Positions 35,389-44,384 of a stretch of DNA of 44,384 nucleotides are shown in pieces. The DNA is taken from positions 1-44,384 of the forward strand of contig JAPHRB010000015.1 of the NCBI GenBank assembly GCA_026197015.1. The letters run 5' to 3'. Made by a program: the position numbers and the translations under genes. The stretch is from Gammaproteobacteria bacterium (GTDB lineage: Bacteria; Pseudomonadota; Gammaproteobacteria; SZUA-229). The notes beneath the pieces were generated by a model. The model made no database searches, had not been told where the DNA came from, and worked only from the letters and a program-made list of their open reading frames with translations. How positions within the stretch are numbered: the first letter of the stretch is position 1; each line of letters begins with the position of its first letter.

Positions 35389-35877
35389 TTAATAAGAAAA
35401 GTATTTCGCAACATCATCGGGTAAATAACCTTGCAGCCACAACGCCAGAGTTTCAAATCTTTCAATTAAAATGGATGACTGCCACCAGTCGTGAGCCGGC
35501 GCATTGGTTAAACCGGCCACAAAAACCAGTGCAATGACTACAACCAGCCCCAAAGAAGCACCAAGTATCAAACCCAGTACACGATCTAAACCACTTAAAC
35601 CCGTTTTACTCACAAACTGACGCACTAGAAAACTAACAACGGCGCCAACCATAATAGTAAGAACAAAGAGTATACCCATTGCTGCAGCTAGCCTCATAGG
35701 CGGTGACTCAATAGATGTTAGCATTGATGCAGCAAGATTAGGCGCAAAACTAAAAGATATTATACTGGCCGCTAACCAGGTACCTAATGCAATGGCAATT
35801 TTAGCAAAACCCCAGATTAATCCGAGTACCAGTAAAACAGCTATTATGGTAACTATTCCAAAATCAACAAGGGTCAT
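35389..35877 (-). CDS. cvpA: colicin V production membrane protein CvpA
   Basis: 162 aa with four hydrophobic segments. Conserved position between dedD-like and purF. Confidence 0.88.
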   Translation of the reverse strand: MTLVDFGIVTIIAVLLVLGLIWGFAKIAIALGTWLAASIISFSFAPNLAASMLTSIESPPMRLAAAMGILFVLTIMVGAVVSFLVRQFVSKTGLSGLDRVLGLILGASLGLVVVIALVFVAGLTNAPAHDWWQSSILIERFETLALWLQGYLPDDVAKYFSY

Positions 35878-35917
35878 TCCTTATTTCCTGCATTCATATT
35901 TGTTGTTTCAAATTGTC

Positions 35918-36376
35918 TCATGGATGTTGTACTAACATACCTTTCATTTTCTCTTTTTTTCTCAACTCAAGCTTAATCTGCTCTAATCGTTTCTTATCAA
36001 GCTCAGGACCAATTCTTACTCTATATGTGGTTCTATCTGGTTTTTTCAAAACATCAACATAACTCGCGTAACCTTTGGCTCTAAGCTTATCTCGCATCGC
36101 CTCAGCATTCGATTCTCTGGAAAAACTTCCTAACTGCAAAGCCCATGCGTGTACTGATGACTCTTCGGACTTTATACGTTTATTAATAGTAACCGCAGAA
36201 TCGGTGGATTCTATATAACCGGATATAGGTTTGAACTCTGGTTTATCCGGTATTTCTACTTTATTACTATAACGTGATTTATGCCCGGCACCATCTAGCC
36301 ATTCGGGCACTAGAATAACCAGAAAAGCCGCTAGAACGATAGCTCCGATAATACGTTTACGTAGTTTTCTATCCAA
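35918..36376 (-). CDS. dedD: SPOR-domain cell-division protein (DedD-like)
   Basis: N-terminal TM IIGAIVLAAFLVILV. C-terminal SPOR domain WALQLGSFSRESNAEAMRDKLRAKGYASYV...YRVRIGP. TTG start in the track. Confidence 0.75.
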   Translation of the reverse strand: MDRKLRKRIIGAIVLAAFLVILVPEWLDGAGHKSRYSNKVEIPDKPEFKPISGYIESTDSAVTINKRIKSEESSVHAWALQLGSFSRESNAEAMRDKLRAKGYASYVDVLKKPDRTTYRVRIGPELDKKRLEQIKLELRKKEKMKGMLVQHP

Positions 36377-36390
36377 TCCAGTTCCAGAAT

Positions 36391-37686
36391 TTAATTGTCA
36401 TTGCACTGGTTAAAATAAGCTGTGGCTTCAGAAACCGTATAAAATGAACCAAACACTATTATACGATCCTCTTCTGATGCTAAAGTTCGAGCTTTGACGC
36501 ACGCTTCAGTCACGCTTTCACAAACCGAGAGTTTAACATTTGTATGCACAGCACGCACCGCTTGTGCCAAGTTTTTTGATGACATTGCGCGACTCGTTAA
36601 AAATCCCGCACTCACCCAGTGGTCAATTTCTGGCTGAACAGCTGCCAGCACTTTACCCACTTCCTTATCCGCAAGCATGGCAACAACAGCAATCGTTTTA
36701 CCTTTTACCGGATTTTCACCTAATGTATTACTTAACATTCTGGCAGATTGCTCATTATGAGCCACGTCAACAATCACCCTGGGGGACTCACAAATCTGTT
36801 GATACCGTCCAGCAAGACTGACTTTCTGCAGGCCTTTAGCAACAGTACTACTATCCAGCTTTTGCGGTAGTTCCAGCAACGAGATGGCCATTATCGCCGC
36901 CGCCGCATTCTGTATCTGAAAGCCGCCTTTTAAGGCAGGTACAGGCAAATCTGATAAATAAAAGTTCGCGGCTTTTAATTGCCAGCTATTATTGCCCAAC
37001 CCCTGATACAAATAATCTTTACCTAAAGTAATCAGCTTAACCTTATGTTCTTCAGCATACTTTAGTAATGACTCTGGTGCTTTAAATATACTCACCACGG
37101 CAGGTTTACCTGGCCGCATAATACCGGCCTTTTCTCTGCCAATAAGCTCTATATCATCACCTAACCAGTCAATATGGTCGATAGCAATACTTGTAATAAC
37201 AGCGACATTTGCATCTATTACATTTACTGCATCCAGACGGCCACCTAAACCAACCTCAAGCAAAACAACATCTACCTGAAATTTTTTAAAAATGACTAAC
37301 GCAGCTAGCGTAGCAAACTCAAAATACGTAAGAGGAACATCACCTCTTGCCTGATCGATTACATCAAACGCTTCACACAACACGTCATCAGAAACCGCTT
37401 GCTGGTTAATTTTAAAACGTTCATTATATTTAAACAGGTGAGGTGAAGTATAACTGCCAACAGAAATATTAGACTGCTTCAAAATAGACTCAATGAAGGC
37501 GACAGTAGAGCCTTTTCCATTGGTTCCCGCAACAGTAATAACCGGACAGAAAAAGTCGGCTGAAAAGTTTAAGCTTTTAAATACTTGAGAAACACGATCA
37601 AGACCTAGATCTATTTCTTTAGGATTAAGACTCTCTTGCCAGGTGAGCCAGTCTTGAAGTTTATTATATCTCATATTATTTGCCAC
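36391..37686 (-). CDS. folC: bifunctional folylpolyglutamate synthase / dihydrofolate synthase
   Basis: P-loop VAGTNGKGST, plus SPHLFKYNERF and LEVGLGGRLDA motifs. Track start is GTG 37686, with an alternative ATG at 37674. Confidence 0.92.
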   Translation of the reverse strand: MANNMRYNKLQDWLTWQESLNPKEIDLGLDRVSQVFKSLNFSADFFCPVITVAGTNGKGSTVAFIESILKQSNISVGSYTSPHLFKYNERFKINQQAVSDDVLCEAFDVIDQARGDVPLTYFEFATLAALVIFKKFQVDVVLLEVGLGGRLDAVNVIDANVAVITSIAIDHIDWLGDDIELIGREKAGIMRPGKPAVVSIFKAPESLLKYAEEHKVKLITLGKDYLYQGLGNNSWQLKAANFYLSDLPVPALKGGFQIQNAAAAIMAISLLELPQKLDSSTVAKGLQKVSLAGRYQQICESPRVIVDVAHNEQSARMLSNTLGENPVKGKTIAVVAMLADKEVGKVLAAVQPEIDHWVSAGFLTSRAMSSKNLAQAVRAVHTNVKLSVCESVTEACVKARTLASEEDRIIVFGSFYTVSEATAYFNQCNDN

Positions 37687-37737
37687 AAAGGCACGAGCAC
37701 ACGAAGAGTTTTCTACAAGCGCCTGTGCGGCGAAGAC

Positions 37738-38607
37738 TTATGCCGCAGGTTTGTTCTGCATCATGCTTAACAGACTAGCAATTTTATCTCGCATATCACG
37801 ACGATCAACAATCATATCAATTGCGCCATGCTCTAATAAAAATTCACTACGTTGAAAACCTTCAGGTAATGTTTCACGCACGGTTTGTTCAATAACACGT
37901 GGCCCGGCAAAACCAATTAATGCATTTGGCTCACCAATATTTAAATCACCCAACATAGCTAAACTGGCCGATACACCACCCATCGTAGGATCAGTCATAA
38001 CTGAAATAAAAGGTACTCCACGTTGCGACATTTTCTGTAATACCGCAGATGTTTTCGACATTTGCATTAGTGAAAATAGTGACTCCTGCATTCGAGCTCC
38101 ACCCGATGCAGAAAAACAAACCAGTGGTATTTCTTCTTCAAGACAAATATTTGCAGCTCTAACGAATTTTTCGCCAACCACCGAGCCCATGGAGCCACCC
38201 ATAAATTTAAACTCAAATGCAGCCGCCACTAATGGAATATTTTTTACCTGTCCTTTAATTACAATTAAAACATCATTTTCGCTGGTCGCTTTTTGAGCGC
38301 TTAAAATACGATCTTTATATTTTTTACTATCTTTAAACTTTAAAATATCAAGTGGTTTAATATTAGCAGCCACCTCTTCCCTTGGTTCTTCATCAAGAAA
38401 ATTCTCCAGGCGTCTACGTGCATTCATTCGCATATGATGATGACACTTAGGACATACATCATGATTACGTTCTAACTCTGCACGATATAACACAGCATTA
38501 CATGAATTACATTTTGTCCACAGGCCTTCTGGCACAGAGCCTTTCTTATCTGCATCATTCGCTTCAGTTCGAATGCGCGATGGCATTAATTTTTCAAACC
38601 AGTTCAT
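37738..38607 (-). CDS. accD: acetyl-CoA carboxylase carboxyltransferase beta subunit
   Basis: Canonical N-terminus [12 protein letters not shown] and Zn ribbon CNSCNAVLY...CPKCHHH. I trimmed the start to ATG 38607, because the track ORF carries a 19-aa extension unlike AccD. Confidence 0.95.
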   Translation of the reverse strand: MNWFEKLMPSRIRTEANDADKKGSVPEGLWTKCNSCNAVLYRAELERNHDVCPKCHHHMRMNARRRLENFLDEEPREEVAANIKPLDILKFKDSKKYKDRILSAQKATSENDVLIVIKGQVKNIPLVAAAFEFKFMGGSMGSVVGEKFVRAANICLEEEIPLVCFSASGGARMQESLFSLMQMSKTSAVLQKMSQRGVPFISVMTDPTMGGVSASLAMLGDLNIGEPNALIGFAGPRVIEQTVRETLPEGFQRSEFLLEHGAIDMIVDRRDMRDKIASLLSMMQNKPAA

Positions 38608-38726
38608 TGTATTACCTTTACATTTGTAGTTTCGCTTACAGGCGAACTTATACAGCTGCACCACTCATAAAATCCATCATCGTGGTAATAGTAATTCCAT
38701 TTACATTTTACAGCGCCTACAGTTAA

Positions 38727-39530
38727 TTATTTATCCATTGCTTCACGCATTGATGACAGTAATGCGCAAACCTGTTTAGACATTTCTTCTGGATTATCTG
38801 CATTTTCTGCAATTCGATTCACAAGAGCACTACCTACCACAACCGCATCAGCAACAGACGCCACCTGTGCAGCAGATTCTGCATCTCGAATACCAAAACC
38901 AACACCAACGGGTATAGATGTATGACCCCGAATTTGCTCCACTTTTTTAACCACTGACGCAACATCTAAATTAGCAGAACCCGTAACACCTTTTAATGAC
39001 ACATAATAAACAAAACCACTCGCCTGATCACATATCAGTTGCATACGCTCATCAGTACTCGTCGGCGCCAATAAAAAGATCATATCTATTTTATTAACTT
39101 TTAATGCGCTAATTAAATCAGCACCTTCTTCCGGTGGTAGATCAACCAGTATTAAACCATCAACACCGGAACTTGCCGCTGCTTTTGCAAATTTTTCATA
39201 TCCCATTACTTCAACAGGATTGGTGTAACCCATTAAAACAATCGGTGTATTGTTATCTTTACTGCGAAACTCTTTAACCATGCCAAGCACATCAGTGAGG
39301 CTCACATTATGTTTTAATGCACGTTCACAGGCCAACTGAATAACCGGGCCTTCTGCCATTGGGTCTGAAAATGGAATCCCCAATTCTAAAATATTTGCAC
39401 CCGCCTGCACCATATCATGCATTAAATTCACAGTAACTGAAGGATGAGGATCACCCGCTGTAATATACGGAATTAATGCCGTTTTTCTGGCTGCCTTTAA
39501 AGTCTCAAAGCTTGCTTGTAAACGACTCAC
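38727..39530 (-). CDS. trpA: tryptophan synthase alpha chain
   Basis: [33 protein letters not shown] motifs. 4-nt overlap with trpB. Confidence 0.96.
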   Translation of the reverse strand: MSRLQASFETLKAARKTALIPYITAGDPHPSVTVNLMHDMVQAGANILELGIPFSDPMAEGPVIQLACERALKHNVSLTDVLGMVKEFRSKDNNTPIVLMGYTNPVEVMGYEKFAKAAASSGVDGLILVDLPPEEGADLISALKVNKIDMIFLLAPTSTDERMQLICDQASGFVYYVSLKGVTGSANLDVASVVKKVEQIRGHTSIPVGVGFGIRDAESAAQVASVADAVVVGSALVNRIAENADNPEEMSKQVCALLSSMREAMDK

Positions 39531-40744
39531 AGTTCTATACCTTCTATTTCTGCGATTGTATTAATATCTTTATCTCCACGCCCTGAAAGATTGATAATAA
39601 TAATTTTATCTTTATCCATTGTCTTCGCCAGTTTCGCAGCATAAGCTAATGCATGGCTTGATTCCAGCGCAGGAATAATACCTTCTGTAAGTGTAAGCTC
39701 GTGAAAGGCTGCCAGTGCTTCTTTATCTGTAATTGCGACATAATTCGCACGACCACAGTCTTTTAACCAGGCATGTTCAGGCCCAACACCAGGATAATCA
39801 AGACCCGCAGAAACACAATGTGTTTCTATAATCTGCCCATTATCATCTTCCATTAAATAAGTACGATTTCCATGTAACACACCAGAGCTACCAGCACATA
39901 AAGGTGCGGCATGATTAGGTGTATCAATGCCATCACCAGCACCTTCAACACCGTACATTTTTACATCTTCATCACCCAGAAACGGATGAAATAAACCAAT
40001 TGCATTTGATCCCCCGCCCACACAGGCAACCAGCGCATCCGGCAAACGACCTGCTTTTTCTAGAATCTGTCGTTTTGCTTCACGACCTATTACGGTTTGA
40101 AAATCACGAACCATAGCCGGGTAAGGGTGAGGCCCCGCAACGGTACCAATAATATAAAATGTATTGTCTATATTGGTTACCCAGTCACGCATGGCTTCAT
40201 TAAGAGCATCTTTAAGTGTTCTTGAACCTGATGTAACAGGCACCACTTTTGCACCCAGTAATTTCATTCTATATACATTAGGCGCCTGACGTTTAACGTC
40301 CTCTTCACCCATATAAACAACACACTCCATACCAAGGCGAGCAGCAACTGTTGCAGACGCAACACCGTGCTGACCGGCACCGGTTTCTGCGATTATGCGT
40401 TTTTTACCCATGTATTTGGCTAATAAACCCTGACCTATTGTGTTATTTATTTTATGTGCGCCGGTATGATTTAAATCTTCACGTTTCAAATATATCTGTG
40501 CGCCACCCAGTTCATTTGACCAGCGTTCTGCATGATATAAAGGACTCGGGCGACCCACATAATCGGCCAGATCCTTATCAAACGCCGCCTGAAATTTCTC
40601 ATCGGTTTTTACTTTTTCGTAAGCCTGTCGTAATTCCTCTATCGGCTCCATTAAAGTTTCAGCGACAAATTTGCCGCCATAAATACCAAAGTGACCACGC
40701 TCATCAGGCATGGAATAATAATCGTTACAAGTATCTTCTTTCAT
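39527..40744 (-). CDS. trpB: tryptophan synthase beta chain
   Basis: [27 protein letters not shown] (PLP Lys), GGGSNAIG. Confidence 0.97.
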   Translation of the reverse strand: MKEDTCNDYYSMPDERGHFGIYGGKFVAETLMEPIEELRQAYEKVKTDEKFQAAFDKDLADYVGRPSPLYHAERWSNELGGAQIYLKREDLNHTGAHKINNTIGQGLLAKYMGKKRIIAETGAGQHGVASATVAARLGMECVVYMGEEDVKRQAPNVYRMKLLGAKVVPVTSGSRTLKDALNEAMRDWVTNIDNTFYIIGTVAGPHPYPAMVRDFQTVIGREAKRQILEKAGRLPDALVACVGGGSNAIGLFHPFLGDEDVKMYGVEGAGDGIDTPNHAAPLCAGSSGVLHGNRTYLMEDDNGQIIETHCVSAGLDYPGVGPEHAWLKDCGRANYVAITDKEALAAFHELTLTEGIIPALESSHALAYAAKLAKTMDKDKIIIINLSGRGDKDINTIAEIEGIEL

Positions 40745-40759
40745 TTTCGCTTATCACTA

Positions 40760-41419
40760 TTAATCACAATCGACACGTTTAATTTCACTCATTAATCGCA
40801 CCATTAAAGTACTGTCTTTTATACCCGGTGCTGATTCAACACCCGAGCTTAAATCGACCGCATAAGGTTTAATCTGTTGTATTGCATCCGCTACATTATC
40901 CGGTTTTAGACCACCCGCCAGTATAATTTTCTGTCGCAGTTTTTCTGGAATAGATAACCAGTCAAATGTTTGCCCCGTGCCACCCGACTCACCTGTGGCA
41001 TGACTATCTAACAAGATGCTTCGTGCACTTTTATACTGCTCAGATAAAGCAACGATATCACTTACGCCTTCCACACCGAGGGCTTTTATATAAGGGTTAC
41101 CAAAAGACTCACAAAACTCAACTGACTCAGTACCGTGAAACTGCAGACAATCAATATTCACTTCTGCGAGTACCTTTCTCACTAAACTTTCATCCGGGTT
41201 TAAAAATAAAGCGGTGGTTGTCACAAAACCCGGAAGCTGCTGGCATATAAGCCGGGCTGTTTTTATATCTATATTTCGCGGGCTTTTGTCATAAAAAACA
41301 AAACCCAGCGCATCTACACCCAATAGAGCAGCTTCCAGGGCATCGTCAAGTCGGGTAATACCACAAATTTTTACGCGGGTTCTCGGGTTCAAAAGCCTAA
41401 CAAACCTGTCTTGAGTCAC
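40760..41419 (-). CDS. trpF: phosphoribosylanthranilate isomerase
   Basis: VKICGITR, DALGFVFY, LDS...GGTGQTFDW motifs. GTG start in the track, so the exact start is uncertain. Confidence 0.9.
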   Translation of the reverse strand: MTQDRFVRLLNPRTRVKICGITRLDDALEAALLGVDALGFVFYDKSPRNIDIKTARLICQQLPGFVTTTALFLNPDESLVRKVLAEVNIDCLQFHGTESVEFCESFGNPYIKALGVEGVSDIVALSEQYKSARSILLDSHATGESGGTGQTFDWLSIPEKLRQKIILAGGLKPDNVADAIQQIKPYAVDLSSGVESAPGIKDSTLMVRLMSEIKRVDCD

Positions 41420-41471
41420 AAAAAGGGCATTTTAACAGAAATTCACTGTCATCCCGAATATTTCATGACTT

Positions 41472-42254
41472 TCAGGTGAAATTTGGTAAGTAGATCCTGT
41501 TATTAATTCCAATCTCTTCCGGGTAGCTCACCTTCACCAGATAAAGACCCTCTGCCGGTGCCGTCGGCCCTGCCTGATTACGATCTTTACAACTCATTAA
41601 GTCTGACATCCAGGTAACCGGTTTTACTTCCTGACCAACCATAATTAATGAGCCAACAATATTTCTTACCATATGATGCAAAAAGGCATTCGCTTCAATA
41701 TCGATATAAATATAATCTCCATCACGGCTTACCTTTACCCAGTTAACACGTCGCATGGCATGTTCAGCCTGACAAGCGGAAGAACGGAATGATGTAAAAT
41801 CCTGCTCCCCCAACAGTGTTTGTGCGGCCTGATGCATCGCCTCTACATTAAAGGCACCATGTTTCCAGGTAACTTTTTTACTTAATAACGCCGGTCGTGC
41901 AGGTCGGTTTAATATAATATATCGATATTGTCTTGCGGTGGCACTGAAACGCGCACTGAAATCATCATCAACTGTTTTAGACCAAATAGACGCAACATCA
42001 TCTGGAAGATGGGTATTCACTCCCATTACCCAGGCCTTGTCTTTGCGCAACACATCACACTCGAAATGCACCACTTGCCCGGTTGCGTGTACACCTGTAT
42101 CGGTCCGCCCGGCGCAAACTATTTGAACAGGCTGATTTGCAACACTTGATAATGCTTTTTCCACACACTGCTGAACCGTACGAGTCCCGTGCTTTTGCAT
42201 TTGCCAGCCGGAAAACTCACTACCGTCGTACTCTATGCCTAGTGCGAATTTCAT
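41472..42254 (-). CDS. truA: tRNA pseudouridine(38-40) synthase
   Basis: [18 protein letters not shown], catalytic Asp motif [17 protein letters not shown]. 260 aa. Confidence 0.96.
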   Translation of the reverse strand: MKFALGIEYDGSEFSGWQMQKHGTRTVQQCVEKALSSVANQPVQIVCAGRTDTGVHATGQVVHFECDVLRKDKAWVMGVNTHLPDDVASIWSKTVDDDFSARFSATARQYRYIILNRPARPALLSKKVTWKHGAFNVEAMHQAAQTLLGEQDFTSFRSSACQAEHAMRRVNWVKVSRDGDYIYIDIEANAFLHHMVRNIVGSLIMVGQEVKPVTWMSDLMSCKDRNQAGPTAPAEGLYLVKVSYPEEIGINNRIYLPNFT

Positions 42255-42336
42255 GTGTTAATTTCCTGATGCTTGTTATTCACTATAACGAACACCTCCT
42301 CAGTTTTTTGAATGGGTGAGAATGCGTACTGCTGTG

Positions 42337-42500
42337 GCATATCTCCCTCGGGGAAAGGTCTCGTTTTTTGAGCCCTGTCCCCTTAAGCCATACCACCAGG
42401 AACTGACAGTGCAGGTAGTCGACGTTGTAATACTCTTAATGGCATCAAAACAGGGGACAGGGCGCCAAAAAGCGTCGACCTTTACCCGAGGGAGATGTGC
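42337..42500. repeat. 164-nt imperfect inverted repeat (46/48-nt arms, 70-nt spacer); candidate structured RNA or MITE-like element
   Basis: Left arm is gcatatctccctcggggaaaggtctcgttttttgagccctgtcccc (42337..42382). The reverse complement of the right arm (42453..42500) is gcacatctccctcgggtaaaggtcgacgctttttggcgccctgtcccc. Both arms are GC-rich in an AT-rich context. Confidence 0.6.
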
Positions 42501-42583
42501 CTGAACAGGGAAAAACTTCACCAGTTTATAACTCTGTAAAATGCCCGCTTCTGCGTTTTTAATATACCGCACATCGTATGCAT

Positions 42584-42621
42584 AAAAAAACGGCACCGGT
42601 ATTAACCGATGCCGTTTTTTT
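42584..42621. terminator. bidirectional rho-independent terminator (A7-cggcaccgg-tattaa-ccgatgccg-T7) downstream of fimV
   Basis: Read directly. 8 of 9 stem pairs, with an A-run on one side and a T-run on the other. It lies 18 nt past the fimV stop. Confidence 0.8.
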
Positions 42622-42638
42622 ACTCGTCAATTTACCAA

Positions 42639-44384
42639 CTAACTTGCTCGCTGAAGTAACTCATTAGCCTGTTGTTGCTGTTCATCATTACCTTCAGCTT
42701 TGACTTCTTCTAATATACTGCGAGCACCATCATTATCACCCATATCAATATATGCTTTTGCCAGATCAAGCTTTGTGCTTACTTCGTCAACATCTTCTGA
42801 TAACTCAGAAATATCGAATTCACCGTCATCATCTGATAAATCATCTGACATTTCCACATCTGTAGAGGTAACAGCGTCATCTAAGCTCAAATCACCCAGA
42901 TCTGAATCACCCAAATCTGTATCATCCAGGTCCATATCGTCCAGGTCCAGCTCACCTAAATCTAATTCTGCACCTTCGATTTCAATTTCGCCAAGATCAT
43001 CACCCAGTGCGACTTCAGCCGTTTCATCAAGGCCTTCACCGAGGTCCAGATCCGCATCCAGGCCTATCTCATCTGTGTCGTCTGATTCAGACTCTTCAAA
43101 ACCTAAATCAGCCGCATCAAAATCAAGCGAAAAGTCATCATCAATATCCATATCAGATGATTCTGCTGAATCTTCAGTTGAGCTTTCAACCTCTAAAGAG
43201 GTATCCATATCATCAAACTCACCCAGATCAAACTCTAATTCAGAACTGGTATCATCCTGCTTCTCAAGTTCATTTGCGATATCATCAAGATCACCCGCCA
43301 GATCTAACTCGTCTTCTGCTGATTGCATATCACCAGGATCAGCTGGCGCAGAAAGAACCTGAGTTTTGTCTGAATCATCTTCGAGACCACCTAAATCGTC
43401 ATCATCTAACCCCAGATCAAAATCTGTTGATGCTTCATCCCCCGCATCCAGCTCAAGATCGGCTTTTTGTGGTTTCTCTGGCAACAATGCATCTGCATCG
43501 AAGTCACTCAAATTTAAATCAGATCCTGAGAATAATGAGTTTTCCGGACAAAGCTCCATTCCCATTGCAGTAACACGATCCCAATAAGCCTTATCATCAC
43601 CTTTACGGGCTTTAACATCTTCGGCTAATCGTTCAAATCCTGTTGAGTTTTTAGCAGCATAATGAGTCTCCAGCAATTTCATGCGATAATCATCACGCTC
43701 TGGATTTTCATCTATCGCACTATTTAATAACTCTTCTGCCTGCTGATAAATACCGTAAGCCAGATATACGTCTGCTTCCGCTATAACATCATCACTCTCA
43801 GCTTGCTCAGACGCAGGCTCATCGCCCTCTAAATCAAATACAGTATCTTCAAGATTGTCAGCCGCATCTGCAGCTTCAATTTGAGTATCACCAAACCCGG
43901 ACTCAGCTTCTGGCGCTGCCATCATCTCAGCTGTAGAGGTCAGATCTACTGCTTCAGTTTTAACGGTTGCTTCGTCTACTGCGGCACCTAAATCATCATC
44001 AAGGTTAGATAAATCAGATGGCGCATCCATTGCTGATGCCCATTCATCTTCTTCTTCCGCTTTGTTACCACGAATACGTTTTAATAATAATGCGATTAAT
44101 AAGAAAACAAATGCCAGACCACCGCCGATCATACCCAATAACTTGGGATCTTCCATCAGACTATCAAGGAAATTTTTAGGCTTTTGCTGTGCAAATACGG
44201 GCGTTTCAATGGCTTCTACCGGCTCAATAGTCTGAGCCTGTGGTTCAATTTCTGCTGCCTCGCCAGTTGCAGTCTCATCCGTTGATTCATCAGCAAAAAT
44301 AGCTTCTTCAGTTGGCGCATCTGATGGTTCATCTGTGACACCGTCATCCATTGCCGCTTCTAATGGTTCTTCCGGCATTGTTTC
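42639..44384 (-). CDS. fimV: FimV/HubP-type polar scaffold protein, 5'-partial (N-terminal LysM part lies outside the window)
   Basis: The frame is open to the window edge. TM LLGMIGGGLAFVFLLIALLL, then a very acidic D/E/L-rich repeat region. Conserved FimV C-terminal motif VSTKLDLAKAYIDMGDNDGARSILEEVKAEGNDEQQQQANELL. Position next to truA matches Pseudomonas. Confidence 0.88.
   Translation of the reverse strand, partial: ETMPEEPLEAAMDDGVTDEPSDAPTEEAIFADESTDETATGEAAEIEPQAQTIEPVEAIETPVFAQQKPKNFLDSLMEDPKLLGMIGGGLAFVFLLIALLLKRIRGNKAEEEDEWASAMDAPSDLSNLDDDLGAAVDEATVKTEAVDLTSTAEMMAAPEAESGFGDTQIEAADAADNLEDTVFDLEGDEPASEQAESDDVIAEADVYLAYGIYQQAEELLNSAIDENPERDDYRMKLLETHYAAKNSTGFERLAEDVKARKGDDKAYWDRVTAMGMELCPENSLFSGSDLNLSDFDADALLPEKPQKADLELDAGDEASTDFDLGLDDDDLGGLEDDSDKTQVLSAPADPGDMQSAEDELDLAGDLDDIANELEKQDDTSSELEFDLGEFDDMDTSLEVESSTEDSAESSDMDIDDDFSLDFDAADLGFEESESDDTDEIGLDADLDLGEGLDETAEVALGDDLGEIEIEGAELDLGELDLDDMDLDDTDLGDSDLGDLSLDDAVTSTDVEMSDDLSDDDGEFDISELSEDVDEVSTKLDLAKAYIDMGDNDGARSILEEVKAEGNDEQQQQANELLQRAS

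Noticed and set aside
38608-38664. 19-codon N-terminal extension of accD in the ORF track ([19 protein letters not shown])
   Set aside because: AccD proteins begin MNWFEK/MSWIE.... The internal ATG at 38607 gives the canonical N-terminus, and the extension is probably just open frame.
42300-42596. 98-aa minus-strand ORF and 62-aa plus-strand ORF in the truA-fimV gap
   Set aside because: Both run through the large inverted repeat, so each strand reads a similar open frame by symmetry. No SD, no domain, odd composition. Treated as non-coding structure instead.
42700-43587. Long plus-strand ORFs (220, 188 and 73 aa; Ser/Pro-rich) antisense to fimV
   Set aside because: They are the mirror image of the low-complexity acidic GAT/GAA-rich FimV coding region. 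The composition is an artefact with no recognisable domain. FimV is strongly supported on the minus strand.
1-44384. Looked for tRNA/rRNA genes, CRISPR repeats, transposase or integrase genes, prophage genes, toxin-antitoxin pairs and known multi-gene defence cassettes
   Set aside because: No T-loop (GGTTCGAATCC-like) or cloverleaf candidates, no regularly spaced direct repeats, and no ORF with DDE, tyrosine-recombinase, phage or nuclease-NTPase defence signatures was recognisable by eye. Absence is not proven without profile searches.

Overview
Visibly AT-rich, gene-dense chromosomal segment (about 45 CDS) with gammaproteobacterial gene content and synteny. I recognised no rRNA, tRNA, CRISPR array, transposase or integrase. 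All calls come from reading the ORF track and DNA by eye; no searches were run.

Left to right:
1. A 5'-partial GAF-type histidine kinase, a REC-PAS-GGDEF-EAL response regulator, and rubrerythrin.
2. A heavy-metal-type RND efflux operon: small membrane protein, outer-membrane factor, CusA/CzcA-family pump, small PII/CutA-like protein. It has no membrane-fusion (adaptor) gene.
3. A PhzF-family protein and ndk.
4. An orphan membrane-embedded patatin/cPLA2-like phospholipase. It is followed by a 1.25-kb non-coding scar holding a decayed CCG-domain Fe-S oxidoreductase fragment and a bcp 5' duplicate.
5. bcp, a DASS-family anion transporter, cysG and glutaredoxin.
6. A flagellar block. fliLMNOP lies on the minus strand with a near-consensus sigma-54 promoter and ends after fliP. 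It is divergent from fliK plus a FlhB-C-terminal-domain-only paralogue, then ClsB-like PLD and YbhP-like EEP genes.
7. A second REC-PAS-GGDEF-EAL protein with a degenerate GGNEF motif.
8. The conserved minus-strand block metZ ... purF-cvpA-dedD-folC-accD-trpA-trpB-trpF-truA-fimV. A four-gene peptidoglycan-remodelling module sits between metZ and purF: two YkuD L,D-transpeptidases, an M14 MpaA-like peptidase and a TPR protein.

Most worth a second look:
- the adaptor-less RND operon with its two unknown small partners
- the patatin lipase with six TM helices inserted between its catalytic Ser and Asp
- two GC-rich rod-like inverted-repeat elements, one between fliL and fliM and one between fimV and truA
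- the FlhB-CC-only protein translationally coupled to fliK
- the cell-wall module sharing an NTF2-like domain
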